A DNA stretch of 64,000 nucleotides from Phoronis australis (GCA_002633005.1 NMRA01000187.1:9546-73545), one strand, 5' to 3'; positions 1 to 12,543 are shown, counted from the first letter of the stretch. A program made the numbers and translations. The notes: generated by a model not told the origin, from the letters alone.

Positions 1-233
1 CCCCCCCCCCGTAGATCCGCCTCTGCATTGTACAAAACACTTATTATACATAACAATAATGTACTATTTACAAATGTTGGCCCCTTGCATCATCAGATGA
101 CTCCCAGCTGGGGATCAAAGCGATTTCATGGCCATCACCTGCGTCTACTAAATGCCAGTTAGCGTCTCTCAGTAAAATCGCATGCAGCCAAGATAAGACC
201 ATCAGATATTAAACTCATGGTAGAAATTCTTTA

Positions 234-236
<3 letters not shown>

Positions 237-290
<54 letters not shown>
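237..290. repeat. (CA)n microsatellite
   Basis: Uninterrupted AC dinucleotide run of about 27 units. Confidence 0.98.
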
Positions 291-292
<2 letters not shown>

Positions 293-1276
293 CACGGTCG
301 CACTCACATAAAATCATATCTGACGAACAGAGTACTTCACCGTGTGAACAGTGAGGAATCTGTTCCTGGCACTAGAGTGTTGGTGTTTTACGTGGCACGG
401 GTATGGGGATTTGTACTGTGGGTTTTGTATCTGCTGGTTTAAGATTGAGGTTTGGAGAATGGTAGTTTAATTTAGAGATGCAGCCATGGAATCGTTACTA
501 CCCCCTGCCCTAGGTTCAGTACTCTATCACAAACCCAGGATATTGAACATCACAATGTCAGAATGTCACGCAGGAAACTTATTTCTCGTAAGCAATTGAT
601 GTCGTCGTTTGTACGAAATCGTACATCTACGTGTTCAACATAATCTCCCCGACGAGGAAAAGGTAAAAACCAAGCTTGACGAAATCATGAATCACTATGA
701 CTCGACCTCAGGTTTGAAATTAAACACATCTCACAAGGATTAGTATAGACAAGTACAAGGCTACGTTGCCTTCAAATGACTCATGATAGCGACATAAAGT
801 TGAGAGAATTGAGGTTCAGAACAAATTAAACTAGTTGTTGTCGAGTAAAAATCAAGCACTATGCTTTCCAAATGTGTACCCGTTCTGATTCCTTGTGTTA
901 AGCTGACAACTTCAAGTCCCAAAACACCTAACTCACCTCGATCGTTGTGCTGAACATCTTGCTCTTCCGTCAGCTGGTTCGTGTGCATTATGGGTAATCT
1001 CTCGCCGCATAAATAATGATGTTTCGCTGAAAGTGTACACAACATGACTCTAGTACCTCAAAATAAATTTTGTTATATCTTACTTGATTTCAGTGCCTTT
1101 AGGGCACAGCTCATAAAGAAACTCGAAAAAATTGAGAAAATAATAATCATGTACAACGTCATGGGTTGAATCCAAGTCGTTCGCCATTCTGTTCGGATCA
1201 GAGACAAAGTGTATAGAGTGAAGTGAAAGCAAAGTACATTTAGCGTCGAGAAGGTTCGTAGAGGGATCAAAAGATC

Positions 1277-1462
1277 TGTTTCCGGAGGCTGCAGCAACAG
1301 CAGCCAGGCGGAAAACGTCTCGGTGTTCCGAAGGACACCAAAGTTACGCAGAAGTGCCATCGCTTCGCGCGCCGAACGAGAGTGTGGGACCTCATCGTGG
1401 ACCAAGCGATTCGGTCCGGGTCCACTCTGTGTTCTGCCCACTTTGAGGACTCGTGTTTCGAC
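1277..1462 (+). pseudogene. Frameshifted THAP zinc-finger domain (transposase N-terminus)
   Basis: Across frameshifts it reads C...GCSNSS...FPKD..LRR....FARRTR...CSAHFEDSCFD. CSAHFEDSCFD is in frame at 1430-1462 and is the THAP C2CH signature. Confidence 0.7.
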
Positions 1463-1518
1463 TCCAGTCACAGAAGATGTTACGATAAAGGCCTGTTTCA
1501 ATAAAGGACAATATTTAT

Positions 1519-1786
1519 CATTCAGAAACATCGGCTCTTAATTCAGGATCGTCTGTTGGACGACTGGGTTGACTCGCCGAGCCCGAGGCCGCTTCTCTCG
1601 CGGGAGGATCCAGTTCATAAGGCTCAAATTAGAAAAGTACGCAGCCGGAAGCACATTAAACTTGTTCTCGCTTTCGTGCAACCCCATTTCCTCATTCTGG
1701 CCGCCATTCCCGTACGTTTCTTCATAGTATTCATTCAATTCTTGCTCATAATCGTCGTCGCTTTCAAATTCACTGCTCTCCGCCAT
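1519..1786 (-). pseudogene. Acidic N-terminus resembling KolX / P2X7-ballast-like proteins
   Basis: ATG at 1786 gives MAESSEFESDDDYEQE...; after one frameshift FEPYELDPPAR...LRADVSE(W), similar to the PYxFxP...RxxxxxWCxC start of this family. Judged from recalled motifs only. Confidence 0.35.
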
Positions 1787-2399
1787 TGTTCAGTGCTAGT
1801 CACTGATCTCTTGTGTTCAACCCATGACGTCACATGGCGGGAAATGTGAAAATTGGCAAAATTGAAAGAAAAATCAAAATTTCGAGCTAATTACACAAGA
1901 TAAACATGGGTTCAGCTAAATTTTACGTCATACAATTATTCTGTGGCCACCGGTAATTCAAAATGTGCAAAAATCCATGGTGTGTACTGTTGAAGGTCCC
2001 CCCACTTTTTATAAATTATAAAAAATTAATAGTAAAATAACAGGAGTGTGTAGATTGCTGTAATTTCCGAAAAGTGTTAATTTTAATATCTTTCAACTGA
2101 TACACCTCATTTTGTGATCTAAATCGGTGAAAGTAAAGGAAATAGTATCTTTAAGCAGAGGTCTGAAGACCCATTTTCAGTTTAGCACACAGATGCATTA
2201 ATTTTCTAAGGGCGCATGGAAGGCAATTCACATTTTGTCACGCGAGTCGTTAAATTATTGCTGTAGCCTGTTTTTGACAGATTCAATTGGGAACCCCGCC
2301 GCTGAGATCCGAAACAACGGAATTTCGCGTATTGAATGGTACACCACGGATTACGCCTTTACGCTTTCAGGGACTTTATTTCAGTTAAATTTTAAGTAA

Positions 2400-2494
2400 C
2401 AAAAATACTTTTATCACACAAGCCTATGTATTTGTTGAACAATACATCACCTGGAAACTTTTCTCTTTTTTGTCATTGGTCATTCCAAGCCCTG
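2400..2494 (+). mobile_element. Right-end fragment of the CAGGGCTTGGAAT-TIR (hAT6-like) family
   Basis: TTTTTTGTCATTGGTCATTCCAAGCCCTG matches the right ends at 9665 and 20465. Left end not found. Confidence 0.7.
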
Positions 2495-2779
2495 GCTTTG
2501 CGTGTGATAGTGGAGGTTTTCAGAGCCAAATTTATTCACTTTTCGATAAACGCATGGAAATTGGTGTACTTGTCAATTATGATGTGCGTATCACAATTAA
2601 GCTTAACTACCCATCGCCATTACCATGTTACAGGGCTGCTGTCGCCTTTTTCATTGAAAATTATTTCTTACATAAACTCCTTGCTACTCTTTGTGTATAA
2701 TTAAATGAGTTAAAATTATGATTTTACATTTGAAAAAAAAAACACCTGGTATAGTTTCTACATAATTGCAGGCGGCCTG

Positions 2780-2980
2780 GTGCACATTCTACCAGATGTG
2801 CGCTGAGTGCTTAGATGGGACCATTGCACTGATCACTTGAAACCATTTTATGCTGTATACTTAAAACCGAGCTGAAGAGCTAGAGACATGACTAGTGCCA
2901 AACTGTGTGTCCCTATGAGACTCGAAACCCACGACTTTGAGCAAAGGAATTAAGCTGAGCACTTATCTCACTATGTCACT
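2780..2980 (-). mobile_element. Decayed tRNA-derived SINE
   Basis: Minus strand has a tRNA-like head (GTGACATAGTGAGATAAG...GTCGTGGGTTTCGAGTCTCA, B-box-like) followed by a non-tRNA body. No intact cloverleaf. Confidence 0.5.
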
Positions 2981-4750
2981 CTGTCTCTTCAAACTTTACA
3001 TCAAACTTTATTTAGTGGCCTCCATTCTTACTGGTTTATCAAAAAAACTAGGCTTTGTCCTTAACTAGTAAAAGTATATACTTACCGAAAGAAAAAAAAT
3101 CGGGGAATACACAAATATTTTTTATATTTATGTGCCATTATTATCATCATTATTATTACTATCATTATGTTAACACCCGTTTTAAGTCAAAATTTCATGT
3201 TTAAGAAAGGTACATTCATAGCAATATAACCCCTCGGTCTATTGTAATGAAACCCTCTTTCAATGAAAACTTCACCAGTTACCAAAAAACGCTGTTAGGA
3301 ATTTTCGGATTAGCCCTTTAGTTTGATTTTATGACAAATCAACTCGCAAAACGTACAGTATTCTTTTTGGAAAAAATGGACGTCGTATCGTCTTAGTTGC
3401 GTTATGCAAAAACTAGGCCATTATATTGTTTTTGAGATTGATTAAAAATATCAAGTTTGGAAAATTTCAGCGATATCCACAAAAGCTGTTTTCGTGGATT
3501 CGTGTTCCTAAGTTCAAATTAAGTCGATTTTCCGAAGCCTAGAAAAAGCCGATTATATGGCAATACGTGAAAATCTCAAGGACTTCGGTTAATTATTCGG
3601 TGAAAACTTGTTTTTGGTCAGTGTAACCTATACATCCTTTATCCGTTTTCATTATTTCAACTAATCATTCGCGCAATGTAAACTGAATCTGCAGTGCTTA
3701 ATTAACTTAATTATCACAAAAGCGTTTTATCAGTCAAGTCAATTCACAATCCATCGAATCCAACTAGGTCGTGCTGGCGGGGCCAGCATATTAAGTGGGA
3801 CAAGCTGGTGTATTGTGGTCCACTTTAAAGTAGGTCAACATTTCATTTTTATACACACCAGTCGCCGGGAGATTTACATGTAACCCCAAGTACGAAATGC
3901 ATAGTCGAACCAGTGATTAAAGTGCGTCGCGAGCATGAAATTGAAACGGCAAAGTGTCAAATTGCTTATCAAAATAAAGAACTTGGGTGAGGATTTATCT
4001 CTTCACAACTTGCGGTGTTCGTGAACACCACGTCACGGGTGTGAGGCGAAGCGTCACTTCACTTTTCCACTGTTTTGTCCAAAATTGGCTGATTTTTTTT
4101 TATTTTACAATCTTGCAGTAAGAGAAGATCTTGACAGGACCGATCCAGAAATATCAGTTCCAAATTGTGTTTTATTACAGAACGGTTTTCAGTCTCTTCA
4201 AGAGTTTTAAGTACTCACACGAAAGTTTTGAAAGAAAACAAATCGGATGTTCAGTCGTGATGACGTATCTGCTACTAAATGACGCGAGTTGGACCCGACA
4301 TAGAAATGCACAGGTCACATCACTTTTCCAAAAATCTTGCAGGCTTTGGTCGATTCTCGTAACCACGGGGCAATTTAGCAATTGAAATGTTTACTAACTT
4401 GGTGTGCTTCGACAACATTTGCACCCACTGTATGTTCCTGGGGAGTTTAATCAGTGAGCTTTGCGACTGACAAGGTCTATGGCCAGGTAATAAATTTTCG
4501 AAGTGCTAAGTAATTTACGGAGCTCCGTAAATCCGTTTTTAGTTTTGGCATTTTTATTTTATTTGACTGGGTTAATAACGTCAAAATGACGTCACGTTAA
4601 GTATTTTCAGTTCATATACTTTCATAGCTATGCCCGTCCTCTCCCCCCACCAACCGCTGTAACATTTGCGGTGCAGACTTGGACACATTTCAACGTAATA
4701 TGAAAACGCTACCAAATATTTTTATTACTTTATTGTTCAGCGATTTGACA

Positions 4751-4923
4751 TTAACACCATCCGGGTGACCACACCCCATTAAAGTTTTCTGGGTTTGAGG
4801 CTGGAGACACCGGCGGGAAGTTGGCGGGTACCATCTCCATGACGTATTGGTTCAGGCGTTCGCGCATTCTCTTGGCCACCTCAGGTTTTTCACTGATAAG
4901 ATTCACTCTCTCCTCTGGATCCT
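4751..4923 (-). CDS. Terminal coding exon of an arylsulfatase B/I/J-family sulfatase (orphan in this window)
   Basis: Acceptor ctttcag| then xAG-DPEERVNLISEKPEVAKRMRERLNQYVMEMVPANFPPVSPASNPENFNGVWSPGWC-TAA. This matches the ARSB-family C-terminus (DPxER..L....P..V..L..RL..Y...V...FP..DP...P....GVWxPW). Two AATAAA on the - strand at 4721-4734. Confidence 0.85.
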
Positions 4924-6357
4924 CTGAAAGGCGAAACAGAGGCCACAGTGAAGCAAAGTTCTCAGAGGGGTTAGGCGAAGTTTACATTTACTCCGCCAAA
5001 CTACCGCAGTTAAACTGTTCATTACAAAAAATCTAATCGTCGCAAACAATGTTGTCGTTGTGTGTTACCATTGCTTCAAGTTTCTGTCAAGAGACGCTCA
5101 AGGCCACGTCCAAGACCAGTCTTTACTCTTAGACTACACTGTCCTTCAAGTTGCTGTCAACGGAATGCGCCTTGTCTGAGCATAACTTAAATTTCGATTA
5201 ATGCCAGAAGCTCAGTGCGTTTTCTCTGAATCAGTTAAAATGAATCAGTGCCAAATAGAGTGTGAGAGATCCTTTTTACTAGTAGATCTAGGATGCATTC
5301 AACGAGAGTCACTCACGTGTCAAAACGCGTCAGATCACGTTATTTGAAATACGTCGAGTGACATAAGAATGGAACGCGCCTTGCGTCACCTTAATTGTGA
5401 TGAGTCATTTCGGGCCTGTTGGCGCGTCAATGACGCGATTGGCCAGTTGTCGAACACGTATCAATAGTCTTAAAAGAACCTATCAAAGTTATAATTGTGT
5501 GTTGAACTAACCAATTGCATTGACTTTCCCTCAGATATGACAGGATTTACAATTGTAACAACCAACGGCGTGAAGGTGAACAATCTATTTCAGGTCTCTT
5601 GAACTCTTCTGACGTTCTTAGAGAAAGCTGGATACTACAACAATCATCACTTCCAATACTTTCGCTGTCCAGCCTATTTTCGCTTCTTGGAAGTCCGCGA
5701 ATTTCTTTCAAATGTTTCTGAATTTTTTCGTGTCGTGTCATTTCCAAAGTGTCCGACACGGCAAATCGCATCTAGGTAGATTACGATTGTTTCAAATAAT
5801 ATGAGTGTGCACGTAAACTTGTCTCTTATAGATCAGTGCGAACTGGGAGGGCAGGTGACTTTTTTGGATGGCCAAGTATCGGCTCAGTCGGCACATCTGA
5901 GTATACGTCATCACTGATCGGACCAAAACGACTTATTTTTTAAACCATAACGTAGAATTGTCGTGAGGACTTGACAGGGACCTCAGGGGTATCGTGCTCC
6001 ACTGATTTATATACACTAGATTGGAAAGGCTTTGCCCAGTTACACATTTTGTGTAATNCCATTAAATTATTCAGCCACTGTCCTTTCAATTCGTATTATT
6101 AATTTGTTTTGACCTTACCACACATGCTAGTAAAATGCATTCAAACATGCCTACTTCGACGCCCAATTTTGTTGCAAAATGGAGGTACAGGTCATAAAAA
6201 GAAAAATGATGATTGAAAAATCTTAAAAAGTGAGGTTTTTCTACATCTCAACAAACCAAACTCATGTGCTAAGTTTCAAAAAATCGGTGATTTTGGGTAT
6301 AGACTCTACCTGTTGGTTTTTATATGGAGTCACTCTTAATGCCTGGGTATGTAGGAC

Positions 6358-8601
6358 AGGGCAGATAGAGTTTACAACCATTGAATTTTGTCATTTTTTA
6401 ACTTTTTTACTTGGGCGGCCATTTTGTTTTCATGTTAAGATTCAAATGCTTCTGGAGGCTACAATTCTTTACGTACAGGACTGGAAAAAGGCACAATTAA
6501 TGGACCGTAAGTGCGTTGCAAGTATATCGGAAATTGTTCACTTGTGGTTAAAGACGACTGAAATATCAGCACTCGCACATGCGCACCTCGATTTCGGGAA
6601 AAAATGTTTTCTCCTGTAGAGGGCGCATTGTAGAACCAATAGCGGATTTGCAGCTCAAACGAACTACGCATTGCGCATGTGCGAGTTACTTCCTGCGCGA
6701 AGGCTCATGGGATAGCTTGTGGTCAGGCTTGTCTTGAGGGGGCTGGATAGTGTGTGCAGTTGGAGTGATTTGCAAACTAAAAAACATGTTTCATTTTTTT
6801 GCTTTATAATACCAAGCAAGTCCTCTCTCTCGTTTGTAAATACAGCGAAGCTATGATCAGTGACCGCGTGACCGAGGGCACGACTGTCTTTCGTCATGTT
6901 CAGTATTGGGGCTATCGGCGTTGATTTCGAAATCCCCTCCGGTTTCAGACAAGTTGNCCAAGCAAGTCCTCTCTCTCGTTTGTAAATACAGCGAAGCTAT
7001 GATCAGTGACCGTGTGACCGAGGGCACGACTGTCATCATGTTCAGTATTGGGGCTATCGGCGTTGATTTCGAAATCCCGGGTTTCAGACAAGTTGAGAGT
7101 TCTTGGGTTGCTAAACTTTTGTAGCTTTCGCCGTGGATATGCTAGAGACGTTAATTTTAAGAGGAAACTCCGTCGGAATGTTGTTCTCGTGCGTCTTTTT
7201 TCCACCAGGAAAATGTTAGCTGCACACACGATGGTCCATAGGCAATTACATCGCACTGGATGCCGCAGGCATTCAGGGGTGATAGTACATCCTCACAAAA
7301 AGTTACTCATTTCAAAATACAACAAATAAAATCAATACATATAGGAACACGGAGTTATAATTAACACATACCACGACTCTGGATACAATTTAGTCAGCAA
7401 AACTTCAACAAATCGGTGAAAATCTGTCGCGGTTTGCTCAAGTTTCTCTCAGTTACCGGGTGCCATTTTGAGGAAGTTACGTGAAATTACGCATGTTGAC
7501 GAAAAAAACATCCAAGGGACACACATCTTACAAGTTTCACCCGATATCTTCTCATGCTATTTTACAAGTGTCGCACGCTAGCGTCACGCGCTTCGCTCAG
7601 TCTCGCGCTAACTTTTGCCTAACTCGCGTGATTCAGTTGACAAGCTTTGTGGTTATCGCGCACGCGGTGATAAAATTAACGGCAACCAAAAAGTTGACTT
7701 GTAATTCTTCGCCAAAGTCAACTTAATTCTCACAACTAAGCTTCATCAAAGATATGTATAGAAGTAGAAAGAACCAATGATGAAAGTAAGCGTTTTTTTA
7801 AATGATAGTTTAAAGTGTAGAATGTATTTTTGACGAGGTGAAAACTCGAAATCGGTAACCCAAATCCGGTCACGGCCCGTTTAAAATANGTTTTTTTAAT
7901 GATAGTTTTAAGTGTAGAATGTATTTTTGACAAGGTGAAAAATCGAAATCGGTAACCCAAATCCGATCACGGCCCGTTTAAAATACACGGAAGTAACGAA
8001 ATGAGTACAGAAAGCGAGTGGAAGTATTGTAGCTTCTATATGGCCAACCGAGGGGCTACCTGTTGCCTTCTCAGTAGATGGCCCGCGTTGGTTTGAATGC
8101 GCTAAATCTCCCCTTACTCCCAGCTCTCCTAATGTTGTTTACCCATTTTTCACGAAGTTCTTGGTTTGCAGGGAACACATAAAAACTCAGATTTTTATCT
8201 CTCTTGTTGTTTTGGAAGCAGCCAGGAACACAACAAGTGTAAGTTTTCTTCGCGCTCATACCAAGTATTATGCTTGTTACTATGGCTGCTTTCGGAATCC
8301 TGACCACAGCACCCACAATGCACCATTTTAACCTAATTTCAATATGGCGTCGCTGCAAATCCGCTATTGACCTATCGCCAGGATTTTGAGTGACGACTTA
8401 TCTGACCCATCAGAACGCAGTACTTTTGGCACACCTTCGTTTCCAAGCCGCCATTTTACCCGACAACAACACGTTGCCGGGTAAAACTTACAGTGTATTG
8501 TTGTTTGTCGACATTTCCATAGGGGGCGGAGCTTGTGATAGGATTTCTTCGGTACACTGAAGCAAGTTCTTTAGCTACAACTACCAAATTCCATCTGCCC
8601 T
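6358..8601 (-). mobile_element. THAP-bearing non-autonomous DNA transposon (Harbinger/ISL2EU- or Kolobok-like; superfamily uncertain)
   Basis: Imperfect 16-bp TIR AGGGCAGATAGAGTTT (6358) / AAATTCCATCTGCCCT (ends 8601). Contains a truncated THAP ORF. No clean TSD. Confidence 0.5.
8071..8259 (-). pseudogene. Truncated THAP domain
   Basis: MSAKKTYTCCVPGCFQNNKRDKNLSFYVFPANQELREKWVNNIRR...FKPT then stop. It has the THAP CxxxxC, FP and W motifs but lacks the CxxHF end. Confidence 0.8.
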
Positions 8602-8842
8602 AATTGAAATAAATACATTTACTTAAAGACATGATCTTATCTAATCATACCGTTGGCTGTTACTATGTGATATCAGAAATTTCTCGAAACTTGGACTACA
8701 AATACAACTTCCATCTCACCCACTTTTACTAACCTCACTTAGCCCCACCTTGCTTGTACTTGGACTACAAATACAACTTCTATCTCATCCATGCAAGTCA
8801 GGGGTTTGTCATCATTGGTCAGTTCTCTTGTTATTGTTTCAG

Positions 8843-8940
8843 GTTTAGAGTCCTGCTGGTGGCCAGGCAGAGATCAACTCATCAAGAGGCCAGGTGTCAG
8901 TTATTTTCTTGATGGAGCCCACAACTCTCAAAGTATACAG
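8843..8940 (+). CDS. FPGS: Folylpolyglutamate synthase, internal exon
   Basis: tttcag| (G)LESCWWPGRDQLIKRPGVSYFLDGAHNSQSIQ |gtgagt. WPGR and LDGAH are FPGS/FolC motifs. Confidence 0.95.
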
Positions 8941-9298
8941 GTGAGTTCACCTTTCCTGTGATTACCAGGTAAAGATCAGCTGATCCCAGGTGTAAACTAT
9001 TACTTAAACTTAGCTCAGTTAGTCAAAAGGCCACTGGTACAAGTTTCAAAAAAATGTAAAATATTAAAAATTTTGTGGTAAAAAGTTTGAAACTTCTATT
9101 GATTTTTATGCGCCTACATATTTATATGTGAATGCATTACGCCCTCATCTCCGTCCGTCCGTCTGGCGTGCGGTGTCCGGTGTTCGCTGCTCTATCTCTA
9201 AAACGTATCTTCATGAAATTTTGCACGTGTTCCTTTCGTGAATGGGACAGCATGAGCGAACTTTCAGACGGATCCGACTACCGATGTGCCCCCTAGTG

Positions 9299-9665
9299 CA
9301 GGGCTTGGAATTTTCCGCGGAAACGCGGATTTCCGCTTTTTTGAAATGTGCTTTCCGCTTTTTTTATAATATTTCCGAGCAAAAAAAAAACGGATTTGAT
9401 ATGAAATTTCCGCGGCAAATTCCTTTCTTACGGCGGCGTTGCAGACGACGTTCACCTCGGAAAGCGGAAGTCTTTATGTTTCGGAGGAACGTAAATTGTC
9501 AACATTGCCGNAGACGCATGCTACTGATGGTGGTAACTTTTTTTTTAGGCCTTCCGATTTTTGCCGCGGAAAGGTTCACATTGACCATTTCAAAGGCTGG
9601 TTATCGGGCATGATTTGGGCCGTAAAAGTTTCCGCGTTTTTTGTCATTGGTCATTCCAAGCCCTG
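9299..9665 (+). mobile_element. MITE with 13-bp TIR and 6-bp TSD (hAT6-like)
   Basis: CAGGGCTTGGAAT...ATTCCAAGCCCTG flanked by CTAGTG on both sides. Internal TTTCCGC repeats. Confidence 0.9.
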
Positions 9666-10359
9666 CTAGTGGCAATTTTAGTTTTTTACCTTTACCACTA
9701 TATCTTCGAAGGTCCTCGACGTATTTTCATAAAATTTGGCATACAGGCATCTATTAGTGAGATGACCCTAAACTTGCGTTTTCGGATGGATTCGACAAAG
9801 TTTGCACCACCTATTGGCCATTTTTGCTGTTTTTGCGTCCACCCCTCTATCAATCAAACCTCTCAAAAGGATGATTGTGAAATTTGGCACGTATGTTCTG
9901 ACTATGAAGTGGATGGCTGTCGCTGATTTTCCTATGATTTTGACTACTGTGGCGCTTCCTATTGGTAGTTTTTTTTTTGCGGTTATGGCATTATCTACTA
10001 AGCTGTTCGAAGGATCTTTACTAAATATATTAAGTGTATATTATGTTGACAAGGGACAACAGCAACTTTCAGACGAATGTGACTACTGGTGTGACCCCTA
10101 GTGGCAATTTCATTTTTTTACGTTTACCTCTGCATGTTCAAAGGTCCTCAACATATTTTCACAAAATTTGGCATACAGGCATCTCTTGATGCGATGATGC
10201 TATCGTTTTCAGATGGATTCGACCTAGTTTGCGCCACCTAGTGGCCACTTTGCCGTTTTCAATTATATTTTTTGACGTCCACTCATCTGTCAACCAAACG
10301 CTTTCGGGTTAATTGTGAAAATTGGCATGTATGTTTTTACTATGAAGTGGATGAGTGAG

Positions 10360-10807
10360 GCAAAAGGTACCCGCTCATCCAAAACCTTTACGACAAACAG
10401 ATGGCGCTTCTCATCAATCACGTGTCATTTTATCGCTCAAATAAGACTGTCTGCCAGCGCCTTGACCTACATTCTGCTGCTGCTGACTGTAGCCACAGGT
10501 CACGAGAGTTCACGAACCAGAACGTGTATGTCCTGATGAGTCGCGAATTTGTGTGAAAAAGAAATCTTTGTGTCCAACATTCCATGTTTAAAACCACTTT
10601 TGTAAAAACTATAACATATAATTAAGATGAAATCTACGCTGTTGTGGTTGCTCGGCCTAAATGCTGGGGTAAAATATATATTCAATGAACGTGACTATGG
10701 TGAGGCGACATATAAGTTGGTCAAATAAACCGATTTTTGCTCTTCAGTCGTCTAGTTTTTGAGCGAACTTATTGGTCAGTACTTTTGGATGAGCGGATAC
10801 CTTTTGC
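10360..10807. mobile_element. Mutator-like MITE
   Basis: 25-bp TIR GCAAAAGGTA(C/T)CCGCTCATCCAAAA (24/25 match). Flanks ATGAGTGAG / ATGGGTGAA fit a decayed 9-bp TSD. Confidence 0.75.
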
Positions 10808-11837
10808 ATGGGTGAAGCTGATTTGCCGACGAGTTCAACTACTGTGGCGCCTCCTGGTGGCAGTTTTGTTTTTTGCGCTTTACGCTGTATCTCGTAAACC
10901 GTTTGCAGGATCTTCATTTAATTTAGCAAGTGTATTTATATAATGTTGACAACAGACGACTATGACTTTCGGACAGATCTGAATTTTGGTGTGCCCTCTA
11001 GTGGCAATTTAATTTTTTATGTTAACCAGTCTTTATCTTCAAAGGTCCGCAAACAGATTTTCATAAAATTTTGAATATAGGCGTCTGTTGGTGAGATGAC
11101 GCTATCATCCTGTTTTTGGATGGAATCTAGGTATTTTGCGCCACCTGGTGGCCATTTTTCTGTTTTCAAATCTTGTTTTTGGCGTCCATGCCTCGATCAA
11201 CCAAATCATTCTGGTGATGATTTTGAAAATTGGACTATACGTTTTCAGTGTGAAGAAGACGTTTGATGATGGCGACTGACTACTGTGGCGCCTCCTAGTG
11301 GTAGTATTGTTTTGTTTTTCGCTCATAACTGTATCTCCAAAACACATTGAAGGATCTTTATTATATTTAGTAAGTGAATTTATGTGAAGATAACAGATGA
11401 TGACTGTCAGGCGGATTGAACGGACGCTGTGCCCACAAGTGTCAATTTCATTTTGATCTGTTTTCCTTTGTTTCTTTGAAGTTCCTTGACAGATTTTATG
11501 AAATATGGCATGATCCCGTTTTTGGATGGATTGTTCATTTTTGCGCCATCTAGTGGCCACTTTTATGATACAATTAAATAACCCTAAAAGCACACCATTT
11601 GCGATGCATTCGTCGGCGCAATTCAACACTTCGCGTTGCTTTTGTTTCAATTTTTGTGTGGTTTCCTTCTGGTATTTTGGCATAATTTCAAGTTGTTAGG
11701 ACGAAAGTTTGTGAATAATAAACGCAACATATTGCTTTTGTTTACTAACAAGCCAAGGATTACTACAAGCAATGTTAGGTGTGTAGATTACGAAGTTTGT
11801 GTAGACATTGAATGGTTTTTGGTATTCTTCCTTACAG

Positions 11838-11890
11838 CAATGTGTAAAGTGGTTTAATAAAGCTGCGAAAAAAGAGAGACAAGAATTGAG
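11838..11890 (+). CDS. FPGS: Folylpolyglutamate synthase, internal exon
   Basis: cttacag| QCVKWFNKAAKKERQEL(S) |gtatgt. Matches the ACVRWF segment after LDGAH; phases join with both neighbours. Confidence 0.9.
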
Positions 11891-12543
11891 GTATGTAACA
11901 TATCTGAATGTGGCAGCTTATTTTCTGCTTAAATCTCGGTAACCAAGGACTGCATACTTAATTCTCGTTACCAAGGACTGCATGGCCCTCTTAAATCATC
12001 ATAGCCAAGGAATGCATTCTTAAATTCTTGTAGTCAAGGATTGTGAGGTAAATTCTCGTAGTCAAGGACTATGTGATAAATTCTCGTAGTTGAGGCCTAT
12101 GATTAAATCCTCATATCTAAGGGCTGTATTTCTGAATCCCATAACCAAGGATTGTACAATGCTTATTCTCTACAGCTCTCTATCCAGGCAGCAGCTTCCG
12201 CTAAAATAGTGCTGAGCATACAATAATTTGTGTGAATTTGTTCCATTTTAAGAGTCAACATCCGTAATTAGCTGAAACCTCCAAAACCATTCGGAGGTTG
12301 GCGACCTTTAACCCATGCACTGAATCTATCTCATCAAATGGATTCTCTGCTATTCTCAAACCTTTTTTAGCAAATAATTCATTCAAGGAATGTGGAGTTA
12401 ACAACATTGTCATAAGTCATTCAGTCGGATGATACATTGTTGTTTGTACTTATTCGATTGTTTATATTAAGTAAAATCAAATTACTGGGACCAGGGATAA
12501 AGAAGCTCCAACGTAAAGACACCTTCACCGAGATCATGAAAAA

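Larger units (their letters stand above)
1031..1990. mobile_element. Internally deleted Kolobok-like DNA transposon with a THAP relic (+) facing a KolX/P2X7-ballast-like relic (-)
   Basis: Imperfect terminal IR GTACACAACATG (1035-1046) / CATGGTGTGTAC (1976-1987). Perfect 15-bp inverted motif ACGTCATGGGTTGAA at 1156-1170 and 1816-1830. Two convergent decayed coding relics lie between them. Confidence 0.5.
9103..11646 (+). mobile_element. HINE/DINE-like (Helentron-associated) non-autonomous element with internal ~420-bp tandem repeats
   Basis: T-rich start TTTTTATGCGCC, (CCGT)n microsatellite at ~9150, recurring CGCCACCT(A/G)GTGGCCA and AAATTTGGCA units, 3' GGCGCA with a short hairpin and TTGTT. 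Interrupted by two younger insertions. Confidence 0.65.

Noticed and set aside
88-130. Hammerhead-ribozyme-like string CAGATGACTCCCAGCTGGGGATCAAAGCG
   Set aside because: Both core boxes (CUGANGA and GAAA) are imperfect and I could not form helices I and III.
2911-2980. tRNA gene
   Set aside because: Only a degenerate A/B-box head with no cloverleaf; treated as a SINE.
6812-7095. ~145-bp direct duplication
   Set aside because: The copies are joined by a single N (6957), the signature of unmerged overlapping contig ends or alleles; probably an assembly artefact.
7792-7985. ~95-bp direct duplication
   Set aside because: Also joined by a single N (7889); same artefact pattern.
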